Part shown: piece after piece, positions 26,804 to 32,000 of the stretch
Numbering within the stretch: position 1 is the stretch's first letter
How the letters are laid out: every line of letters starts with the position of its first letter
NCBI RefSeq assembly: GCF_042660085.1
Contig: NZ_JBHSTI010000002.1
Coordinates: 510,001-542,000 of the forward strand
Length of the DNA: 32,000 nucleotides
From: Longivirga aurantiaca
GTDB taxonomy: Bacteria; Actinomycetota; Actinomycetes; S36-B12; CAIYMF01
Direction of reading: 5' to 3'
Position numbers and translations under genes: made by a program
Notes under the pieces: generated by a model
The model's database searches: none
What the model saw: the letters and a program-made list of their open reading frames with translations, nothing else
What the model was told of the DNA's origin: nothing

Positions 26804-28060
26804 GTGCCCGAGATCCTGCGCATGCCGGAGGTGGCCGCCGGTGCCACCGAGGCCATCCTCTCGGCCTGGAACGTGCCGGTCGGCCAGGCGTACTCCGCCG
26901 GCGACCTGCTCGTGACGATCGAGACCGACAAGGCCGTCGTCGACGTCGAGGCCGAGGCCGACGGCGTCCTGCTCCGCCTGCTGGCCGAGGCCGGCGCGAC
27001 GGTCGAGGTCGGGTCGCCGATCGCCGTCACCGGCGCGTCCGGCGAGACGGTCGACGACGCCGCCATCGCCGCCCTAGGCATCTCCTCCCCGACGTCGACG
27101 GATGCACCCGCCGCGGCCGTGGTCGCGGCCTCCGTGGCAGCGGCCGCCGCCACGGCGCCCGCGACCCCCGGCGAGCGCGTGTTCGCGAGCCCGCTGGCCC
27201 GCAAGATCGCGCGCGACGCCGGAGTCGACCTCGCGGCCCTCGACGGCACCGGCCCCGGTGGCCGCATCCGCCGCCGCGACGTGGAGGCCCACCTCGCCGC
27301 AGCGCCAGCGGCATCCGTCGCTGCGCCTGCTGCACCGGCACCCGCGGCATCGCCGAAGCCCGTGGCTGTCACCGGCGATGCCGAGTACGTCGACGAGCCC
27401 AACTCCCGGCTCCGCAACGCCATCGCGGCGCGGCTCACCGAGAGCAAGACGACGGCTCCGCACTTCTACGTGCGCGGCTCTGCCCGTGTCGACCGGCTCC
27501 TTGCCCTGCGCAAGGAGATCAACGACGGCGGCGACATCAAGGTGTCGGTCAACGACCTCGTCGTGAAGGCCGTCGCGAAGGCGCACACGCTCGTGCCGGC
27601 GCTCAACGTGATCTGGACCGGCGACGCCATCCGTCACTTCTCGCGCGTCGACGTCTCGATCGCCGTCGCCACCGAGAGCGGCCTCGTCACCCCCGTCGTG
27701 CGCGGCGTCGATCGGCTCTCGCTCGGCGAGCTCGCGGCGGCCACCCAGGACCTCGCCGCCCGCGCGAAGGACAAGCGGCTGCAGCAGAGCGAGCTCGAGG
27801 GCGGCACGATCAGCGTGAGCAACCTCGGCATGTTCGGCACTGAGGACTTCGCGGCGATCATCAACCCGCCGCAGGCCTCGATCCTCGCCGTCGGCGCCGC
27901 CCGTCAGGAGCCGGTCGTGGTCGACGGCGCGCTCGCCGTCGGCACGGTGATGCACGTGACGCTCTCGGTCGACCACCGCCCGGTGGACGGCGCCGCCGCG
28001 GCGGAGTGGATGCGCGCCTTCCTCGGTCTGCTCGAAGCCCCCGCGCGCATCCTCGTGTGA
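26804..28060 (+). CDS. dihydrolipoamide acyltransferase (E2) component
   Basis: 418 aa. Lipoyl domain has ETDKAVVDVEA (Lys codon at 26930-26932). Ala/Pro linkers and an E3-binding domain (ASPLARKIARDAGVDLAALDGTGPGGRIRRRDV) follow. The catalytic domain has DHRPVDGA. GTG start is 3 nt after the E1 stop. Confidence 0.93.
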   Translation: MPEILRMPEVAAGATEAILSAWNVPVGQAYSAGDLLVTIETDKAVVDVEAEADGVLLRLLAEAGATVEVGSPIAVTGASGETVDDAAIAALGISSPTSTDAPAAAVVAASVAAAAATAPATPGERVFASPLARKIARDAGVDLAALDGTGPGGRIRRRDVEAHLAAAPAASVAAPAAPAPAASPKPVAVTGDAEYVDEPNSRLRNAIAARLTESKTTAPHFYVRGSARVDRLLALRKEINDGGDIKVSVNDLVVKAVAKAHTLVPALNVIWTGDAIRHFSRVDVSIAVATESGLVTPVVRGVDRLSLGELAAATQDLAARAKDKRLQQSELEGGTISVSNLGMFGTEDFAAIINPPQASILAVGAARQEPVVVDGALAVGTVMHVTLSVDHRPVDGAAAAEWMRAFLGLLEAPARILV

Positions 28061-28093
28061 CCCGGGGACAGCGGCGTACGGGAGGGTGAGCGC

Positions 28094-28843
28094 GTGAGCG
28101 CCGACCTCGACACCCTCGCGTGGGTCGCCCTGGCGGTCGGGGCGGTGTGCGCCGGGTTCTCCAAGACCGGTATCAGCGGCACGGGCCTGATCACGGTGGG
28201 GGTCTTCGCCTCCGTGCTGCCGGCGCGGCAGTCGACGGGCAGCGTGCTGCTCCTGTTCCTGGTGGGCGACGTCTTCGCGCTCATGGCCTATCGCAGTCAC
28301 GCGCACTGGCCGACGCTGCGGCGCCTCGCCGTCCCGGTGCTCGTCGGCATCGTCGTCGGCGTGCTGTTCCTGACGCAGGTCGGCGACGGCGGGCTGAGGC
28401 GCACCATCGGCGGTGTGCTGCTCGTCCTGGTAGCGCTGCACCTCTGGGTCCGGCGCCGCACCGAGCACGGCGACGGCCTGCGCGCACTCCCGAGGCCGGT
28501 CACGGTTGCCGCCGGTGCGATGTCGGGCTTCACCAGCATGATCGCCAACGCAGGCGGTGCGGTGATGTCGGTCTACCTGCTCGGCGTGCGCCTCGAGATG
28601 CTCGCCTTCCTCGGCACCACGACGTGGCTGTTCTTCCTCATCAACGTGACCAAGGTGCCGCTCTCGCTCGGTCTCGGCCTCCTCACGTGGGACGGCGCGC
28701 TCATCGCGCTGCTCGTCGCACCGTTCGTGGTCGTCGGGGCGTGGCTCGGGCGCCAGCTCATCAAGCGCCTCGCGCAGCACCAGTTCGAGTGGCTGGTGCT
28801 CGCCTCCACCGTGCTGGCCGGGCTCAACCTGCTCCTGCGCTGA
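28094..28843 (+). CDS. TauE/SafE (DUF81) family anion permease
   Basis: 249 aa with about 7-8 TM helices. The glycine-rich N-terminus (GAVCAGFSKTGISGTG) and the second-half repeat (GFTSMIANAGG) are typical of this family. It starts 33 nt after E2 on the same strand. Confidence 0.85.
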   Translation: MSADLDTLAWVALAVGAVCAGFSKTGISGTGLITVGVFASVLPARQSTGSVLLLFLVGDVFALMAYRSHAHWPTLRRLAVPVLVGIVVGVLFLTQVGDGGLRRTIGGVLLVLVALHLWVRRRTEHGDGLRALPRPVTVAAGAMSGFTSMIANAGGAVMSVYLLGVRLEMLAFLGTTTWLFFLINVTKVPLSLGLGLLTWDGALIALLVAPFVVVGAWLGRQLIKRLAQHQFEWLVLASTVLAGLNLLLR

Positions 28844-28850
28844 GCGCAGG
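28834..28850 (+). terminator. hairpin CCTGCGC-TGA-GCGCAGG with the TauE stop codon as loop
   Basis: 7-bp perfect stem, read directly. No U-tract. Confidence 0.4.
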
Positions 28851-28930
28851 AAGTCCATGCACGGAGGTGTAGGCGCGTCCGGATAGGGGTACCTGGCCCC
28901 CATGCACAATGCCTCCACCCGGGCGCGCGC

Positions 28931-29782
28931 GTGAGCAGCGACCCCGGCGACAGCGCCCAGGGGACGGTCGGCGACGTCGTCGACGACGTCGCCTCCTCGC
29001 AGCCCATGGGGTGGGCGGCGCGCCTCGGGCTGACCGCCCGCGCCCTCGTCTACCTCGTCATCGGCTTCCTCGGCCTCTCGCTGGCCTCGGGCAACAGGGC
29101 CGAGCTCGACCAGAAGGGTGCGCTGCGGGAGCTGCTCGAGCGGCCGTTCGGCACGGTGCTCGTGCTGCTGTGCGCGATCGGCTTCGTCGGCTACGCGCTG
29201 TGGCGCTTCGCCGAGGCGATCAGCGGGCCGGTCGGCGACGGCGGCAGCAGGTCGGCCCGGCTGAAGTCGGCCGCGCGCGGCGTCGTCTACACGGTGCTCG
29301 CCGTGACCGCGGTGACCGTGCTCCTGGGGTCGCGATCGAGCCAGGGTGGCCAGCAGCGCGGCCTCGTCGCCACGGTGCTCACCTGGCCTGGAGGGATGCT
29401 GATCGTCCTGCTCGTCGGCGTCGGCGTGGCCGCGGCGGGCGTCGGGCTCGTCGTCGAGGGGTGGCGGCGCAAGTTCCTCAAGTACCTCGACCACGCCGAC
29501 ATGAACGAATCGACCCGCACGCTCGCGCGGTGGACGGGCACGGTCGGGTCGATCGCGCGAGGCCTCGTCGTGATCCTGATCGGCGTGCTGCTCGTGCTCG
29601 CCGCGCTGACGGGCGACAAGGAGGACGCCACCGGAATGGACGGCGCGCTCAAGTCGCTGCGCGACCTGCCCTTCGGCAACATCCTCCTGGTCCTCGCCTC
29701 GCTCGGCCTCCTCATCTTCGGCGTCTACGCACTGGTGGAAGCGAGGTACCGACGTGTTGGAGTCTCGGGAGCTGAGGCCTGA
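28931..29782 (+). CDS. DUF1206 domain-containing membrane protein
   Basis: 283 aa with three repeats of a paired-TM unit (ARLGLTARALVYLVIGFLGL; AARGVVYTVLAV; IARGLVVILIGVLLV), as in DUF1206. Confidence 0.8.
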   Translation: MSSDPGDSAQGTVGDVVDDVASSQPMGWAARLGLTARALVYLVIGFLGLSLASGNRAELDQKGALRELLERPFGTVLVLLCAIGFVGYALWRFAEAISGPVGDGGSRSARLKSAARGVVYTVLAVTAVTVLLGSRSSQGGQQRGLVATVLTWPGGMLIVLLVGVGVAAAGVGLVVEGWRRKFLKYLDHADMNESTRTLARWTGTVGSIARGLVVILIGVLLVLAALTGDKEDATGMDGALKSLRDLPFGNILLVLASLGLLIFGVYALVEARYRRVGVSGAEA

Positions 29783-30500
29783 CGACGTGGCCCGGAACGA
29801 CTCGGACGGCAGCGGCTGGGGCAGGCGCGAGGCGGGCCTCCTCGTGGCCGGGATGCTGGCGCTCACGGCCCTCCTGCTGCTCTGCGGGTTCGCGCTCACC
29901 CGGTGGTCGGCGCTGGCCGGCGTACGGGCCTGGGACGTCGACGTCGCCGACTGGTGGGTAAGCATCCGCACCCCCACCCTCGACACCCTGACCGACATCG
30001 GGTCGAGCCTGTCCGACACCCCGGTCGCCATCGCAGTCACCGCCGTCGCCTTCGTGGTGCTGCGGCTCCTCACCGGGAGGTGGACCGCGTCCTGGATCGT
30101 GCTGGCCGCGATCTTCGGCGAGCTGCTCTACTTCCTGGCCCTCACCTCGGGCGTGGGGCGTGAGCGGCCGGACGTGCTGCAGCTCGACGCCGCGCCCCCG
30201 ACGTCGAGCTATCCGTCCGGTCACACCGGTGCCGCCGTCGCGCTCTACGTGTGCCTCGCGGTGATCGTGTGGCGGCACCTGTCGAACCGGATCGCAGCCG
30301 TCCCGCTCGCGCTCCTGCTCTGCCTCGTCCCCGTGGCCGTGGGGCTGTCGCGCATGTACCGAGGCATGCACTTCGCGACCGACGTGCTGTTCGGCGCGCT
30401 CGGCGGCCTGCTCTGGCTGCTCGTCGTGCTGGCCGTGCTGTGGCCGGGCCGCCGACCCTTGACCGACCGGGCCCCCGCCCAGGAAGAAGCCGCTCCGTGA
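29754..30500 (+). CDS. PAP2-superfamily lipid phosphate phosphatase
   Basis: 248 aa membrane protein with the three PAP2 motifs: GRERP (part of the K-x6-RP-type motif), PSGH and SRMYRGMHFATD. The track start GTG 29754 overlaps the preceding gene by 29 nt, so the start is uncertain. Confidence 0.85.
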   Translation: MLESRELRPDDVARNDSDGSGWGRREAGLLVAGMLALTALLLLCGFALTRWSALAGVRAWDVDVADWWVSIRTPTLDTLTDIGSSLSDTPVAIAVTAVAFVVLRLLTGRWTASWIVLAAIFGELLYFLALTSGVGRERPDVLQLDAAPPTSSYPSGHTGAAVALYVCLAVIVWRHLSNRIAAVPLALLLCLVPVAVGLSRMYRGMHFATDVLFGALGGLLWLLVVLAVLWPGRRPLTDRAPAQEEAAP

Positions 30501-31390
30501 GCACCGTGCCGCAGCGTCCCGCGATCGTGGTGAACCCCACCAAGGTCGACGACGGCAACGTCGAGGCCGTCGAGAAGGCCTTCGCCGACAACGGGCTCCC
30601 CATGCCTCGCTGGTACGGGACCACCGAGGACGACCCGGGCGAGGGCCAGGCCCGCCAGGCCCTCGCCGACGGCGCCGACCTCGTGCTGGCGCAGGGCGGC
30701 GACGGCACGGTGCGCGCGGTTGCCGCGGTACTGGCGGGTGGGGACGTCCCGCTGGGGCTGCTCCCGGCCGGCACCGGCAACCTGCTGGCGCGCAACCTGG
30801 ACGTTCCGCGGTCGCTCGACGACGCCGTCGCGGTGGTGGCCGGAGCCGGTCGGCGCGCCGTGGACGTGCTCGAGCTCGACGGCGAGCCGTACGTCGTGAT
30901 GGGCGGCAGCGGCTTCGACGCGCTGCTGTTCGAGCTCACCTCCGAGGACCTCAAGGCGCGGCTCGGGTGGGCGGCCTACCTGAGCGCGGGCATCCGTGCG
31001 GTGCGCGCCGCGAAGGCGTACGACGTCGAGATCGTGACCGACCGCGCCGCGATGACCGTGCCGGCCGTAGGCGTGGTGGTCGGCAACGTCGGCACGCTGA
31101 CCGCCGGGGTGCAGCTGCTGCCGGACGCCGAGGCCGATGACGCCCGCCTGCACATCGCCGTCCTCACGCCGCTCCGGCTCCGCAACTGGGCCGGGCTCGC
31201 CTGGAACCTCGTGCTGCGACGGACCCCCCGGCGCTTCCAGATGCGCACGCTGCGCGCGCGCGACGTGCGGATCCGCTGGCCCGAGGCCCTGCCGGCCGAG
31301 CTCGACGGCGACCTCGTGGACGGCCGGGCCGAGCTCCACGTCACCATCCGCCCCGGCGCTCTCACGGTCTGCGTGCCCGAACCCGGATGA
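30497..31390 (+). CDS. diacylglycerol kinase catalytic-domain family lipid kinase (YegS/DgkB-like)
   Basis: GTG 30497 overlaps the PAP2 stop (GTGA). Shows AIVVNPTK, GGDGTV and LPAGTGNLLARNL motifs. Confidence 0.88.
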   Translation: MSTVPQRPAIVVNPTKVDDGNVEAVEKAFADNGLPMPRWYGTTEDDPGEGQARQALADGADLVLAQGGDGTVRAVAAVLAGGDVPLGLLPAGTGNLLARNLDVPRSLDDAVAVVAGAGRRAVDVLELDGEPYVVMGGSGFDALLFELTSEDLKARLGWAAYLSAGIRAVRAAKAYDVEIVTDRAAMTVPAVGVVVGNVGTLTAGVQLLPDAEADDARLHIAVLTPLRLRNWAGLAWNLVLRRTPRRFQMRTLRARDVRIRWPEALPAELDGDLVDGRAELHVTIRPGALTVCVPEPG

Positions 31391-31421
31391 GCGTGGCGAG
31401 GGCCTGTGCCAGGGTGACGCC

Positions 31422-31883
31422 ATGGCCGACTGGCACCTCGCGCAGCTCAACGTCGCACGGCTCCGCGTCCCCCTCGACCACCCCGCGATGATCCCGTTCG
31501 TCACCAACCTGCTCGCGGTCAACGCCGAGGCCGATGCCGCACCCGGGTTCGTCTGGCGGCTCCAGGAGTCGGCGTCCGGCAACGCGACCGACCTGCGCCC
31601 CTGGGGCGACGACATGATCGTCAACATGAGCGTCTGGACCGATGTCGAGTCGCTGCGCCAGTACGTCTTCACGCCCGGGCACATCGAGATCATGCGGCAG
31701 CGCCGCGCCTTCTTCACCCCGATGGAGACGCCGTACTCCGTCCTCTGGTGGGTGCCGGCCGGGCACATCCCGACGCTCGACGAGGCCAGGGAGCGGCTCG
31801 ACCTGCTCACGGCCGAGGGCCCGTCGCCCCGAGCGTTCACCTTCACGTCCGAGCACCCGGCAGAGGCCGCCACCGACGCATGA
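31422..31883 (+). CDS. DUF3291 domain-containing protein
   Basis: 153 aa from ATG 31422. HLAQLNVARLRVPLDHP...PGFVWRLQ...NMSVWTDVESLRQYVF...VLWWVPAGHIPT matches my recollection of the DUF3291 (ABM/dimeric alpha-beta-barrel-like) family. Confidence 0.75.
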   Translation: MADWHLAQLNVARLRVPLDHPAMIPFVTNLLAVNAEADAAPGFVWRLQESASGNATDLRPWGDDMIVNMSVWTDVESLRQYVFTPGHIEIMRQRRAFFTPMETPYSVLWWVPAGHIPTLDEARERLDLLTAEGPSPRAFTFTSEHPAEAATDA

Positions 31884-31895
31884 CAGGATGCCGAC

Positions 31896-32000
31896 GTGAC
31901 GGCGACGATCCTCGACGGCAAGGCCACTGCGGCAGCGATCAAGTCCGAGCTGGCGGCCCGCGTGGCCCGGCTCGCGGAGGCGGGCGTCGTGCCGGGGCTC
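31896..32000 (+). CDS. folD: bifunctional methylenetetrahydrofolate dehydrogenase/cyclohydrolase FolD, 3'-truncated by window edge
   Basis: GTG 31896. The [27 protein letters not shown]-terminus is characteristic of FolD. Only 35 codons lie within the window. Confidence 0.8.
   Translation, partial: MTATILDGKATAAAIKSELAARVARLAEAGVVPGL

Overview
A 32 kb window at roughly 70-75% GC. It looks like a chromosomal core region of a high-GC Actinomycetota genome; a Micrococcales-type origin is only a guess. All calls come from reading the ORF translations and the DNA by eye, with no searches run. The backbone is housekeeping: glmU-prs, pcrA/uvrD1, an M23 peptidase, sucCD, a PerM-like membrane protein, purN-purH and the start of folD. 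The order pcrA | M23 | sucC-sucD ... perM-purN-purH matches what I recall for M. tuberculosis Rv0949-Rv0957. Accessory genes sit between these anchors. (1) A single AbiEi-N/DUF559-type gene is bracketed by two copies of a ~60-nt palindrome exactly at the pcrA/M23 convergent junction. (2) An alpha/beta hydrolase, a stand-alone B12-binding domain protein and a membrane protein lie upstream of sucCD. (3) An amidase is followed by three genes (HIBADH-like oxidoreductase, atypical M24-fold protein, FMN alpha-hydroxy-acid oxidase); two of their upstream regions share an 18-nt motif. (4) A GntR-VOC pair is divergent from a fused E1 alpha-beta + E2 2-oxoacid-dehydrogenase-like pair and a TauE/SafE permease, with a repeat-rich control region between them. 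(5) A DUF1206-PAP2-DAG-kinase-DUF3291 lipid-related cluster follows. I found no tRNA, rRNA, CRISPR array, transposase or recognisable defence operon. The best candidates for something undescribed are items 1 and 4. Both are hypotheses resting on motif-level evidence. The many long antisense or alternative-frame ORFs in the track are treated as high-GC artefacts.
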